A DNA stretch of 64,000 nucleotides from Patescibacteria group bacterium (GTDB taxonomy: Bacteria; Patescibacteriota; Patescibacteriia; UBA2591; JAQUPP01). Location: assembly GCA_028716665.1 (NCBI GenBank), contig JAQUPP010000002.1:139717-203716 (forward strand), in the 5' to 3' direction. Under the pieces are notes generated by a model. It had not been told where the DNA came from. It saw only the letters and a program-made list of their open reading frames with translations, and did no database searches. Position numbers and translations under genes: made by a program. Positions 36,372 to 45,988 of the stretch are shown in pieces (the stretch's first letter is position 1; each line of letters opens with the position of its first letter).

Positions 36372-36836
36372 ATGAGGAAAGAAAACAATCTACCTCAAAA
36401 TTTAACCTCAAACAAGAGAGAACAAATGGGACCAATGGGAGACGAAGACGTTTTAGATGTAAAAAATGGAATATCAGAAATAATGGCTTCTGTTGAAGAA
36501 ATTTATGATCCAAAAAAGAGAAAAGAAGTTTTAGAAAAAATGTTAGAAAAGATAGACGGTGTAACAGAAAGCGCGCCCCAAAAAGCAGAAAAAGAAATTG
36601 GAAATAACGAAATAGGAAATTTTAATTATCCATCTTTAGGGGCGGGCGAAATAGATAAAAAATTTACCTCGGACATAGAAGTGGAAATTGAGCACACTGC
36701 GATGCCGAAAATTAAAAAAATTATCAATACAATTCAAAATTCAAAAATTAAAACAGAAGTCTTGGAAAATATAATAAGTATGATAAAGGGAGAACTAGAA
36801 AAAGTGAAAACGGAATTAGAAAAATTAGGAAAGTAA
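36372..36836 (+). CDS. Hypothetical protein (acidic, coiled-coil rich); TTGACA-17-TATATT promoter at ~36305-36335
   Basis: ORF; promoter read directly. Confidence 0.4.
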   Translation: MRKENNLPQNLTSNKREQMGPMGDEDVLDVKNGISEIMASVEEIYDPKKRKEVLEKMLEKIDGVTESAPQKAEKEIGNNEIGNFNYPSLGAGEIDKKFTSDIEVEIEHTAMPKIKKIINTIQNSKIKTEVLENIISMIKGELEKVKTELEKLGK

Positions 36837-36850
36837 TTTAGTATTGTTTT

Positions 36851-37141
36851 ATGCGTATTAAAATTGATTTAGACGATTCCATTAATCCGGTTGTTTTTAT
36901 CAGGCGAACCGGTTACGCGGAAATTAAAGATTTTAGAAGCGGTCAAACAAGTTATATTCGCAGATTGCGCGGCTATCATTATCCGCGTTTTCATATTTAT
37001 ATAGAAAATGGATATTTTAATCTTCATTTGGATCAGAAAGCGCCCAGTTATGAAGGCACTTCGGCTCATAGCGGCGAATATGAAGGCAGGGTAGTAGAAG
37101 AAGAGGCGGAAAGAATTAAAAAATTTTTTAATAAAAAATAA
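36851..37141 (+). CDS. Hypothetical protein
   Basis: ORF only. Confidence 0.35.
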   Translation: MRIKIDLDDSINPVVFIRRTGYAEIKDFRSGQTSYIRRLRGYHYPRFHIYIENGYFNLHLDQKAPSYEGTSAHSGEYEGRVVEEEAERIKKFFNKK

Positions 37142-37145
37142 ATTT

Positions 37146-38120
37146 ATGACTCAAAAAGAAATTTACAATTTAGCCATTAAAATGGGCATTGAAGCGGATT
37201 TGCGAGGCAAAAAAATGGTTGAAAAAATAATGAAAAGAATCAATCAAAAATACGAGGCAATGTCTAAGGATCAAAAAGAAGAATTTGATGAAGAAAGATT
37301 GACTAATCCGTATTCCGATTCGCGTATTTTATTTGACCCTTCGACCATTCGACAAGCTCATGGCTCAGGGCAGGCAAAAAAGCAAATTAAAAGAATTTTA
37401 GTCGGCGTTGATATGGAAATAGGCGAACTTTTACTAGCCGACAAATTGGGTAATATTGATTTGGTTTTAGCGCATCATCCGGATGGTTGCGCTTTGGCCG
37501 GGCTGGACGATGTGATGAAACTTCAGGCAGACGTTTTAAATCTTTACGGCGTGCCGATTAATATTGCCGAGAATTTAATTCATATTCGCATGGAAGAGGT
37601 GAGTAGAGGGGTTTCTTCAGCTAATCACAATGAAGCCGTGGATGCGGCAAAATTATTAAATATGGGTTTTATGTGTGTTCATACTCCGTGCGATAATTTA
37701 GTGGCTGATTTTCTCAAGAAAAAAATAGAAAAAGAAAAACCGGAATTTGTTGAAGATTTATTGAAATTATTAAAAAGCATTCCTGAATATAAAGAGGCGA
37801 TTAAAATCGGAGTCGGGCCGAGGCTTTTTACCGGCAAATCGGAAAATCATTGCGGAAAAATTGCCTTAACCGAACTTACCGGCGGTACCGAAGGCTCGCC
37901 CGAAATTTACGAAAAATTATCTCAGGCCGGAGTTGGTACGGTGGTGGCCATGCATCTCAGCGAAAAACATGTTAAAGAAGCTATTAAAGCACACATTAAC
38001 GTAGTCGTGGCCGGGCATATTTCATCAGATTCGCTGGGCTTGAATTTATTTTTAGATAAACTTGCCAAACAAAAAATTGAAATCATTCCTTGTTCCGGAC
38101 TAATCAGAATAAAAAGATAA
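37146..38120 (+). CDS. NIF3/YbgI-family dinuclear-metal protein with N-terminal extension carrying [13 protein letters not shown] segment
   Basis: RILVGVD...DLVLAHHP...VVAGHISSDSLG motifs of NIF3 family. Confidence 0.7.
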   Translation: MTQKEIYNLAIKMGIEADLRGKKMVEKIMKRINQKYEAMSKDQKEEFDEERLTNPYSDSRILFDPSTIRQAHGSGQAKKQIKRILVGVDMEIGELLLADKLGNIDLVLAHHPDGCALAGLDDVMKLQADVLNLYGVPINIAENLIHIRMEEVSRGVSSANHNEAVDAAKLLNMGFMCVHTPCDNLVADFLKKKIEKEKPEFVEDLLKLLKSIPEYKEAIKIGVGPRLFTGKSENHCGKIALTELTGGTEGSPEIYEKLSQAGVGTVVAMHLSEKHVKEAIKAHINVVVAGHISSDSLGLNLFLDKLAKQKIEIIPCSGLIRIKR

Positions 38121-38154
38121 AATATAAATAATAATTATTTTAAAATTTATACTT

Positions 38155-38448
38155 ATGACAAAACTTCAACCATTAGGCAGTCGGTTAATCGTTAAGCCGA
38201 TTGAAGTAAACGAAACAACCAAATCAGGCATTATTTTGCCGGATACAGCTGATAAAGAAAAACCTGTCAGAGGGAAGGTGATAGCCGTCGGCAAGGGCAA
38301 AATGTTGGAAAACGGCCAACGGGAAATTATTGACGTAAAAGTCGGTGATGAAATTTTATTTGAAAAATACGGTACGGACGAATATAAAATAGACAAGGAA
38401 GAATTTTTAGTTGTTGATTACGAAAAAGTTGTCGCGTTAATTAAATAA
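38155..38448 (+). CDS. groES: Co-chaperonin GroES
   Basis: LQPLGSRLIVKPIE...GIILPDTA...GKVIAVG. Confidence 0.93.
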   Translation: MTKLQPLGSRLIVKPIEVNETTKSGIILPDTADKEKPVRGKVIAVGKGKMLENGQREIIDVKVGDEILFEKYGTDEYKIDKEEFLVVDYEKVVALIK

Positions 38449-38460
38449 TTATTTAAATAT

Positions 38461-40110
38461 ATGGCAAAACAAATTTTATTTGATGAAAAAGCTCGCGCTG
38501 CTATAAAGCGAGGAGTAGATCAATTGGCGGCAGCAGTCAAAGTGACTATGGGACCGGTTGGCCGCAATGTTATTTTGGACAAAGGTTTCGGTTCGCCGAT
38601 TATCACCAATGACGGCGTAACCGTGGCAAAAGAAATAGAATTGGAAGATAAATATGAAAATGTCGGCGCGCAATTGCTTCAAGAAGTGGCGACAAAAACC
38701 AATGATATAGCCGGTGATGGTACGACCACCGCGGTTATTTTGGCTCAAGCCATTATTTCCGCCGGTTTAAAAAATGTGGCTGCCGGAGCCAATCCATTAG
38801 CCTTGAAAAGAGGCATTGATAAAGGCGTGGCAGTAGTGGTTAAAGAATTGAAAGAAAAAATATCCAAACCGGTTTCCACTAAAGCGGAAATTAAACAAGT
38901 GGCTTCAATTTCGGCCAACAGCGAAGCAATCGGCAGTATTATTGCCGAAGCAATGGAAAAAGTCGGCAAAGACGGAGTTATTACCGTGGAAGAATCTCAA
39001 TCTTTTAATATGGAATTGGAAGTAACTGAAGGAATGCAATTTGATCACGGTTATGTTTCTCCTTATATGATTACCAATCCGGAAAAAATGTCAGCTGAAT
39101 ATGATAATCCTTATATTTTAATCACTGAAAGAAAAATTTCAGCCGTGAGTGAAATTTTGCCGATTATGGAAAAAATCGCTCAATCAGGAAAAAAAGATTT
39201 AGTGGTGATTGCTGATGAAATTGAAGGCGAAGCTCTGGCCACTTTTGTGGTTAATAAATTACGAGGAGTTTTTAATGTCTTGGCTGTCAAAGCGCCTGGT
39301 TTTGGCGATCGCAAAAAAGAAACACTTGGCGATATTGCTGCTTTAACTGGCGGTAAAGTTATTACTGAAGATTTGGGTTTAAAATTGGAAAATGTAAATT
39401 TAAACGATCTTGGCAAGGCAAGAAAAGTTATTGCCAATAAAGAAGAAACAACCATTGTTAACGGTAAGGGAAAAGAAGAAGCGATTAAAAACAGAATTGC
39501 CGGCATTAAAAGAGAATTGGAAAAAACAACTTCTGAATTTGATAAAGAAAAACTTCAAGAAAGATTGGCGAAATTATCAGGCGGCGTGGCGGTAATTAAA
39601 GTTGGAGCCGCAACCGAAACAGCGATGAAAGAAATTAAATTTAAAGTTGAAGACGCGGTTCATGCCACTAAAGCGGCCGTGGAGGAAGGAGTGGTTGTCG
39701 GCGGAGGATTGGCTTTATTAAGATGCTTGTCAATCGTGGATAAAATAAAACTTGAAGGCGATGAAATAATCGGACTGCAAATTTTAAAAAGAGCATTGGA
39801 AGAACCGATTCGTCAAATTGCCATTAATTCCGGTGAAGACGGCGCGGTGATTGCTCAAAAGGCAAAAGAGACAAAAGGTAATATGGGTTATAATGCCGCG
39901 ACAAATAAATTTGAAGATTTGATTGAAGCGGGAATTGTTGATCCGGCCAAAGTGACTCGGACGGCTTTGCAAAATGCCGCTTCCATTGCTACTTTATTTT
40001 TAACCACTGAAGCGGTAATAACCGATAAACCTGTTAAAGAAGAATGCAAGCACGAACACGGAATGGGTGGCGGAATGCCCGGAATGGGAGGAATGGGCGG
40101 GGAGTACTAG
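38461..40110 (+). CDS. groEL: Chaperonin GroEL
   Basis: [23 protein letters not shown]-terminal GGM repeats. Confidence 0.96.
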   Translation: MAKQILFDEKARAAIKRGVDQLAAAVKVTMGPVGRNVILDKGFGSPIITNDGVTVAKEIELEDKYENVGAQLLQEVATKTNDIAGDGTTTAVILAQAIISAGLKNVAAGANPLALKRGIDKGVAVVVKELKEKISKPVSTKAEIKQVASISANSEAIGSIIAEAMEKVGKDGVITVEESQSFNMELEVTEGMQFDHGYVSPYMITNPEKMSAEYDNPYILITERKISAVSEILPIMEKIAQSGKKDLVVIADEIEGEALATFVVNKLRGVFNVLAVKAPGFGDRKKETLGDIAALTGGKVITEDLGLKLENVNLNDLGKARKVIANKEETTIVNGKGKEEAIKNRIAGIKRELEKTTSEFDKEKLQERLAKLSGGVAVIKVGAATETAMKEIKFKVEDAVHATKAAVEEGVVVGGGLALLRCLSIVDKIKLEGDEIIGLQILKRALEEPIRQIAINSGEDGAVIAQKAKETKGNMGYNAATNKFEDLIEAGIVDPAKVTRTALQNAASIATLFLTTEAVITDKPVKEECKHEHGMGGGMPGMGGMGGEY

Positions 40111-40262
40111 TCCTTGGACAGGCCACAAAAAAAGACACTGTCGATTTCCCCAGCGGGAAAATCGCAGCTCGTTCTCGGTCTCGCTCCTCCGACATTCGTC
40201 GGAGACCGTGCCCGCTCGACCTGCGAAACGCTTTTTTTGCGGCACAATCCTCGGACTATTAG
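40111..40262 (+). other. GC-rich structured segment in groEL 3' region (candidate ncRNA / structured 3' UTR)
   Basis: ~150 nt of ~60% GC with hairpins (tccgac-attc-gtcgga; outer tagtcc...ggacta) between groEL stop and terminator; ORFs 40044/40067 in track are arginine-rich GC artefacts. Confidence 0.3.
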
Positions 40263-40270
40263 ATAGATAA

Positions 40271-40310
40271 AATGAAAAGAAGAGGTTTACGCCTCTTCTT
40301 TTCATTTTAT
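40271..40310 (+). terminator. Strong Rho-independent terminator (15-bp stem aatgaaaagaagagg / cctcttcttttcatt + T)
   Basis: Read directly. Confidence 0.8.
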
Positions 40311-40399
40311 TGGCAATATGGTATAATTAGAATAAGTAATAAGCTAGTAAGCTGATAAGTAAATAAGCTAAATAATTTAATAAATTAAATAAAAATTAT

Positions 40400-40762
40400 A
40401 TGGACCAAAAAGAAACTTTAGAGAAAATTAAATCTGCGATTGAGACGACTAAAAATACCAGTCTTTTAAGCAAGTTTTTAGCCGCTATTTCTTACGTCGG
40501 TGTTTTTTGTTTTGTCCCTCTCGTGGTAAAAGTAAAAGATGAAGGCGTCAATATTCATGCTCGTCAAGGCATGGTTTTATTTGTGGCCGAGATTATCTTT
40601 ACTTTAATCTGGGTTATTCCGTTTATCGGTTGGGTTGTTGGTTTTATCGGCTGGATATTCTGTATTATTGTTTCAGTAATCGGATTTATTCAATCTATCT
40701 CAGGCCGTCTTTTTACCGCGCCTTTTATCCATCGTTTTGCCGACAAGATTAAAATTATCTAA
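40400..40762 (+). CDS. DUF4870-like small membrane protein
   Basis: Multi-TM; HARQGMVLF motif region typical of DUF4870. Confidence 0.45.
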   Translation: MDQKETLEKIKSAIETTKNTSLLSKFLAAISYVGVFCFVPLVVKVKDEGVNIHARQGMVLFVAEIIFTLIWVIPFIGWVVGFIGWIFCIIVSVIGFIQSISGRLFTAPFIHRFADKIKII

Positions 40763-40836
40763 CTCAAAAAGTTTTTAGTATTTTTTAACTCGCAAGATCG
40801 ACGAGATTGTTGATTTTTTATTAAATTATATTTTTT

Positions 40837-43335
40837 ATGACCAAAAAATTAGTTATACCTTTTAAAGATTTAACCATTAAAGACGTTCCCAGAGTTGGCG
40901 GTAAAAATGCTTCCTTAGGAGAAATGTATCAGAAATTAACGAAAAAAGGGATTAGAATACCAAATGGTTTTGCCACCACATCTGATGCTTATTGGTATTT
41001 TTTGGATGAATCAGGTCTCAAAAAAGGAATCAAAGAAATTTTAAAGGGCCTTGATGTAAAGGACATGAAAAATTTAATGACTCGCGGTAAAAAGATTCGA
41101 GAGTTAATTTTAAAATCAGAATTGTCTCAAGATTTAAAATCGGAGATTGTTAAATTTTATAAAAATCTCTCCAAAGAATACGGCGTGGAAAATGTGGATG
41201 TGGCGGTAAGAAGTTCTGCCACCGCTGAAGATTTGCCCGGTGCTTCTTTTGCCGGCCAGCAAGAAACTTTTTTAAATATTCATGGCGAAAAAGAACTTTT
41301 AATAGCAGTACTTAAATGTATTGCTTCTCTTTTTACTGACAGAGCTATTGTTTATCGAACAGAACAGGGATTTGATCATCTTAATGTGGCTCTCTCAGTC
41401 GGAGTGCAAAAAATGATTCGTAGTGATTTGTCTTGTTCCGGAGTAATGTTTTCTTGCGATACGGAATCCGGTTTTGCAGACGTGACGGTTATAAATTCAT
41501 CATGGGGATTGGGTGAAAATGTCGTGCAAGGAAAAGTCAGCCCAGACGAATTTATAGTTTATGAACCGTTGAATAAAGGCCAATTTAAGCCAATTGTCAG
41601 CAAGAAATTAGGTTTGAAAGAATGGACAATGACTTATGACAATAAAGGAAATAAATCGACAAAAAATTTGCGCACTGCTTTTGAAAAACAAAATAAATTT
41701 ACTTTAACTGATGAAGAAGTTTTGGAATTGGCGCGTTACTCGGTTATTATTGAAGAACATTATAAGCGGCCAATGGATATGGAATGGGCGAAAGACGGTC
41801 ACGATAAAAAATTATATGTTTTACAGGCAAGACCGGAAACAATCCAATCCAAAAGATCTCTTGATGTTTTGGAAGAATATGTTTTATCGGGAAAGGAAAT
41901 AAATTCACGAACTTTAGCGAGAGGTAAAAAGTTCTCGGCCCAAGGCCGATCCGCCTCGGGCGGAAGTGTTTTAACAACCGGCGTGGCAATTGGCAGTAAA
42001 ATCGGCACAGGTGAAGTTAATATTATTAAAACCGCAAAAGATATCAGTAAATTTAAACCCGGACAAATTTTAGTTACTGAAATGACTGATCCTGATTGGG
42101 TACCGATTATGAAAATCGCCAAAGCCATTGTTACTGATGCCGGCGGCAGAGTTTGCCATGCGGCGATTGTCTCTCGCGAATTGGGAATTCCTTGCGTAGT
42201 GGGTACGGGGAATGCCACTCAAAAAATTCATCAAGGACAAAAAATAACCGTTTCTTGTTCCGAAGGGGAACAGGGCTTTGTTTATAACGGTTTGCTGCCT
42301 TTTAAAATTAAAAAAACCGTGATTAAGGGTTTGAAAAGACCGAAGACAAAAATTATGATGAATGTCGGCGATCCGGAGCAGGCTTTTGCTTTTGGCTTGA
42401 TTCCAAATGACGGCGTTGGCTTGGCGCGAGAAGAATTCATTATTAATGATTATATTAAAATTCATCCTTTGGCGCTTATTCATTATTCGAAAATTAAAGA
42501 TAAAAAAATAAAAGAACAAATTAATAAAATTACCATTGGTTATTCTGATAAAGTTAAATTTTACGTTGATAAATTGGCCGAAGGCATTGCTCATATCGGC
42601 GCCGCGTTTTATCCAAAAGACGTAATTGTCAGATTTTCTGATTTCAAAACCAATGAATACGCGAATTTAGTCGGCGGTTCTTTGTTTGAACCGACGGAAG
42701 CAAATCCGATGATCGGCTGGCGCGGGGCTTCCCGTTATTACGGAGAAAAATTTAAACCGGCTTTTGAATTGGAATGCCAAGCGATTAAAAAAGTTCGCGA
42801 AGTGATGGGATTGGACAATGTGATTGTAATGGTGCCGTTTTGCCGAACCGTTAAAGAAGGGGAGGATGTGCTGAAAATTATTGACCAATACGGTTTGCGT
42901 AAAAATAAAAAAGGCATTAAACCTTTGAAGGTTTATGTGATGTGCGAAATTCCTTCCAATGTTATTTTGGGCGAGGAATTTGCCAAGATTTTTGACGGTT
43001 TTTCAATCGGCTCAAATGATTTGACTCAATTGACTTTGGGACTTGATAGAGATTCGGCTTTGGTGGCGCATTTATTTGACGAAAGAAATGAAGCGGTAAA
43101 AAGATTAGTTAAAAAAATTATTGAAATTGCTCATCAGTATAAACGAAAAGTTGGAATTTGCGGCCAAGCGCCAAGCGATTTTCCTGATTTTGCCGAATTC
43201 TTGGTTAAAGAAGGAATTGATTCCATTTCTCTTAATCCTGATACGGTGGTTAAGACTACGATGGATATTTTAAAGACCGAGAAAAATATTCGGCCCAAGG
43301 CCGATCCGCCTCGGGCGGAAAAGAAAAATAAATAA
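40837..43335 (+). CDS. ppsA: Phosphoenolpyruvate synthase / pyruvate,water dikinase
   Basis: PEP-utilising enzyme domains; GGRVCHAAIVSRELGIPCVVG phosphohistidine region; C-terminal TIM barrel. Confidence 0.88.
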   Translation: MTKKLVIPFKDLTIKDVPRVGGKNASLGEMYQKLTKKGIRIPNGFATTSDAYWYFLDESGLKKGIKEILKGLDVKDMKNLMTRGKKIRELILKSELSQDLKSEIVKFYKNLSKEYGVENVDVAVRSSATAEDLPGASFAGQQETFLNIHGEKELLIAVLKCIASLFTDRAIVYRTEQGFDHLNVALSVGVQKMIRSDLSCSGVMFSCDTESGFADVTVINSSWGLGENVVQGKVSPDEFIVYEPLNKGQFKPIVSKKLGLKEWTMTYDNKGNKSTKNLRTAFEKQNKFTLTDEEVLELARYSVIIEEHYKRPMDMEWAKDGHDKKLYVLQARPETIQSKRSLDVLEEYVLSGKEINSRTLARGKKFSAQGRSASGGSVLTTGVAIGSKIGTGEVNIIKTAKDISKFKPGQILVTEMTDPDWVPIMKIAKAIVTDAGGRVCHAAIVSRELGIPCVVGTGNATQKIHQGQKITVSCSEGEQGFVYNGLLPFKIKKTVIKGLKRPKTKIMMNVGDPEQAFAFGLIPNDGVGLAREEFIINDYIKIHPLALIHYSKIKDKKIKEQINKITIGYSDKVKFYVDKLAEGIAHIGAAFYPKDVIVRFSDFKTNEYANLVGGSLFEPTEANPMIGWRGASRYYGEKFKPAFELECQAIKKVREVMGLDNVIVMVPFCRTVKEGEDVLKIIDQYGLRKNKKGIKPLKVYVMCEIPSNVILGEEFAKIFDGFSIGSNDLTQLTLGLDRDSALVAHLFDERNEAVKRLVKKIIEIAHQYKRKVGICGQAPSDFPDFAEFLVKEGIDSISLNPDTVVKTTMDILKTEKNIRPKADPPRAEKKNK

Positions 43336-43341
43336 GAAATA

Positions 43342-44142
43342 ATGGATTTTAAAAAACCGAAAATAATTTTTGTTTTAAGCGGCGGGGGAGCGAGAGGACT
43401 CGCGCATTTGGGTTTTTTAAAAGTTTTGGAAAAAGAAGGAATTAAACCGGACGCAATAATCGGGGTGAGTATGGGAGCATTTATCGGCGGTTTATACGCA
43501 GCCGGCATGAGTATTGAAGAAATAGGAGAAACAGCGAAGCAAATCAAAAAATTTAAAAAAGTTTTATTTTTTACTTCCCGGCCCAATAAAACAGGTTTAA
43601 TTCAGGGAGACCAAATAGAAAAATACATTGCGAATATTGTCGGTAAAAAAAGAATTGAAAATTTAAAAATTCCATTTTATGCCGTGGCCACTGATTTAAA
43701 TAAGGGGACTGATGTGGTGATAAATAAAGGACCCTTAATTAAAGCTATCTTGGCGAGCATGGCTATTCCGGGGCTTATTTCGCCGGTTAAATTTAAAAAT
43801 AAAATTTTAATTGACGGCAGAATCAGTAATCCGTTGCCCATAGATTTGGCGCGTGATTTGGGAGGCGATTTGATAATTGTTTCCAATACTCAGTTTCCTG
43901 TGCAAAAAATAAATGTCTATTCAATCAATATTATTGGCATTTTACGACGCAGTTTGGAAATAGTTGAAAGTAAAAATTTGGAGAATTTACTTTCAAAAGA
44001 AAAAGAAATTGTTGTTGTTATGCCAAAGGTGGCTAAAATTAACATATTGGAATACGAATTGGCGGAAAAAATAATTTCATTGGGTAAATTGGCAACTCAG
44101 AAAAAATTGGGAGAAATAAAAAAACGATTAAATATTGTTTAA
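43342..44142 (+). CDS. Patatin-like phospholipase
   Basis: GGGARG oxyanion motif and GVSMG nucleophile elbow; DGR..N near C-term. Confidence 0.8.
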   Translation: MDFKKPKIIFVLSGGGARGLAHLGFLKVLEKEGIKPDAIIGVSMGAFIGGLYAAGMSIEEIGETAKQIKKFKKVLFFTSRPNKTGLIQGDQIEKYIANIVGKKRIENLKIPFYAVATDLNKGTDVVINKGPLIKAILASMAIPGLISPVKFKNKILIDGRISNPLPIDLARDLGGDLIIVSNTQFPVQKINVYSINIIGILRRSLEIVESKNLENLLSKEKEIVVVMPKVAKINILEYELAEKIISLGKLATQKKLGEIKKRLNIV

Positions 44143-44147
44143 AAATG

Positions 44148-44503
44148 GCTTGACATTAAAAATAAATAGATTATACTGTTAAAATAATAGTTCTTTGGAA
44201 AATAATTGATGTGGCCAGGAGGGGAAGGTTAGTCTAAGCAGACCCTAACGACCGATGGCGCTGATGGTTGCTCTCGTACAGAGAATCGGTCTCTCAAATA
44301 ATGTGACCGAGCATAAGAGCAGGCAAATACTTAGATTACCGATGATAAAAGATCTTTAATTTTAAATATCTTTTATCTCTCCAAGCAAGATTGGAGTAGT
44401 TTTGGCCTGGACTGTTGGCTATTAGTTTTGCATACTTGCAAGCTGTAGCCATAACTGGCGCATCTGGAAATTAAGGACGTATACAAAGATATACGTCCTT
44501 TTC
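44148..44503 (+). ncRNA. Candidate ~320-nt non-coding RNA: TTGACA-16-TATACT promoter (44148-44178) to Rho-independent terminator (44473-44503), no ORF
   Basis: Promoter and terminator hairpin (aaggacgtat/atacgtcctt) read directly; GC-rich internal segments incl. pseudoknot-like GACCGAU...AUCGGUC. Confidence 0.4.
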
Positions 44504-44625
44504 AATTATAAAATTTATGTTATAATTGAAATGTTATGGAGAGGTCGCACCCGCTCGGCGATGCGAGCGGGCTCGCTCAACCTGCTCAATAATTTGAGTA
44601 GGGCTGAGCGTAGTAGAAAATTATT

Positions 44626-44880
44626 ATGTTTTATGTTTATATCTTACAAAGCAAAAAAGATGGTAAAAAATATATTGGATTTAGTTCTGATTTAAAAGAG
44701 AGAATTAAACAACATAAAAGTGGTGAAGTGAGAGCAACTAAAAATAGATTGCCGTTAGAATTGGTTTATTACGAAGCATTTAGTGATAAAAAAGCAGCTC
44801 AACAACAAGAGTTATTTTATAAAACAGGACAAGGAAGAAGAATTTTAAATAAAAGATTATTTTTTGTAAATAAAATATAA
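44626..44880 (+). CDS. GIY-YIG nuclease domain small protein (YhbQ/UPF0213-like)
   Basis: FYVYILQSKKDGKKYIGFSSDLKERIKQH matches GIY-x10-YIG..R..H core. Confidence 0.7.
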   Translation: MFYVYILQSKKDGKKYIGFSSDLKERIKQHKSGEVRATKNRLPLELVYYEAFSDKKAAQQQELFYKTGQGRRILNKRLFFVNKI

Positions 44881-44899
44881 ATAAAGTTTAGATAGATGA

Positions 44900-44984
44900 G
44901 GAGAGGTCGCATAGTGGTCGAGTGCGCTTGCTTGGAAAGCAAGTATACCGCAAGGTATCGGGGGTTCGAATCCCCCCCTCTCCG
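44900..44984 (+). tRNA. tRNA-Ser (anticodon GGA), type II with long variable arm
   Basis: Manual fold: acceptor ggagagg/cctctcc, anticodon stem cttgc/gcaag loop ttGGAaa, variable arm tataccgcaaggtatc, T-arm ggggg-ttcgaat-ccccc. Confidence 0.8.
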
Positions 44985-45039
44985 TTTTTAAATATTATTA
45001 TTTATTAAAAAATAAATAATAATATACAAATATATAAAT

Positions 45040-45130
45040 AAATATGATTCGAACCGCGGGCCGCAGTCCCCGAAGAGGGGACGAAGGTTTCGAGCCGCAG
45101 CAGCGGCGAGAAGCGAATCTCCCCCCGTTT
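45040..45130 (+). other. GC-rich tRNA-3'-end-like remnant / small structured element downstream of tRNA-Ser
   Basis: Hairpins gtcccc-gaag-ggggac and gccgc-agca-gcggc; 3' end cgaatctccccccgttttta resembles tRNA-Ser 3' end cgaatccccccctctccgttttta. Confidence 0.3.
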
Positions 45131-45168
45131 TTAATAACGTATTATTTTTAATTTAATCGAAAAAAATT

Positions 45169-45891
45169 ATGACTGAATCAAAATTAAATGTTAGTGTTAT
45201 TCTCGGAGTCGCCCTAATAATCAGTGCATTGATATTCGGCGGATTTTATTATTTCGCTCAATCAAAAAATTCCACAGACGCATTATCCGTTACCGGTTCG
45301 ACTAAAATACGTGTGACCTCAGATCAGGCTAAATTGATAATCAATCTTTCCAGTATTGTTTATGCCAATGATTTATCTTCGGGTAATCGTGATATTGCCC
45401 ATGATTTGGCTTTGACACGCGATCTGTTAAAAAAATCAGGTGTGGCCGACACTGATATTGTGGAAGGACCGGTTTCCATGAATCAAGTGTGGGATCAAAA
45501 TAATACCGGTCAAATTCGTTATCAATTAAGCCAGATAATCACCGTGCAATCAAATGATGTTAATAAAATAACCGATATCTCCAAAAAAATTCCGACTCTG
45601 TCTGAGCAGGGAGCTATTATTTCAGTTCAATCATTGGAATATTATTATTCCAAATTACCAGATCTTCGCGTATCGCTTTTAACACAAGCGGTTCAAGATG
45701 CCAAAGCTAGGGCTGAAAAAATTGCCGAAGGCACAGGCAGGTACGTTGGCAGCGTCATATCGGCTTCAAATGGCGTGGTGCAAATTTTAACGCCCAATTC
45801 GGTTGATATTTCCGATTACGGCAATTATGACACTTCCAGTATTGAAAAAGACGTGATGGTAACAATTAAAGCTTCTTTCCGTCTTAAATAA
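45169..45891 (+). CDS. SIMPL/DUF541-family protein (YggE-like), N-terminal TM
   Basis: Family-like pattern LSVTGSTKIRVTSDQAKLIINL ... VMVTIKASFRLK. Confidence 0.55.
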   Translation: MTESKLNVSVILGVALIISALIFGGFYYFAQSKNSTDALSVTGSTKIRVTSDQAKLIINLSSIVYANDLSSGNRDIAHDLALTRDLLKKSGVADTDIVEGPVSMNQVWDQNNTGQIRYQLSQIITVQSNDVNKITDISKKIPTLSEQGAIISVQSLEYYYSKLPDLRVSLLTQAVQDAKARAEKIAEGTGRYVGSVISASNGVVQILTPNSVDISDYGNYDTSSIEKDVMVTIKASFRLK

Positions 45892-45988
45892 TTATTTAAG
45901 ACGATCAGTAAATTTATTAATCTGTTAATATAGAAAATGTCACTTCTCAAGAAATGACATTTTCTATATTATTCAGGTATGTTATATT

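Noticed and set aside
40044-40270. Two overlapping arginine-rich ORFs (72 and 67 aa) at the groEL 3' end
   Set aside because: They lie in a GC-rich structured non-coding segment and overlap the groEL stop. Their arginine-rich composition is typical of spurious ORFs in GC-rich RNA-like sequence.
41799-42594. Several 139-174 aa minus-strand ORFs antisense to ppsA
   Set aside because: They are embedded in the well-supported ppsA coding region, and their translations are low-complexity with no motifs.
44200-44330. Possible RNase P RNA (motifs resembling CR-IV ACAGARAAUCGG and CR-II UAAGAGC)
   Set aside because: The motifs occur in the wrong order and spacing: the P4-like complementary heptamers are only ~30 nt apart, and the CR-II-like motif lies 3' of the CR-IV-like motif. 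No GGAAAGUCCGG-type CR-I is present. It is kept only as an unclassified ncRNA candidate.
44148-44625. tmRNA (ssrA)
   Set aside because: No tRNA-like 3' end (GGUUCGAnUCC T-arm plus acceptor complementary to a 5' GGGG) and no recognisable tag-peptide reading frame ending in a stop.
45040-45130. Second tRNA gene (either strand) next to tRNA-Ser
   Set aside because: No consistent cloverleaf could be built. The T-arm-like segments (gcggttcgaatc on the minus strand, ggtttcgagcc on the plus strand) lack complementary acceptor or anticodon arms. It is treated as a remnant or structured element.
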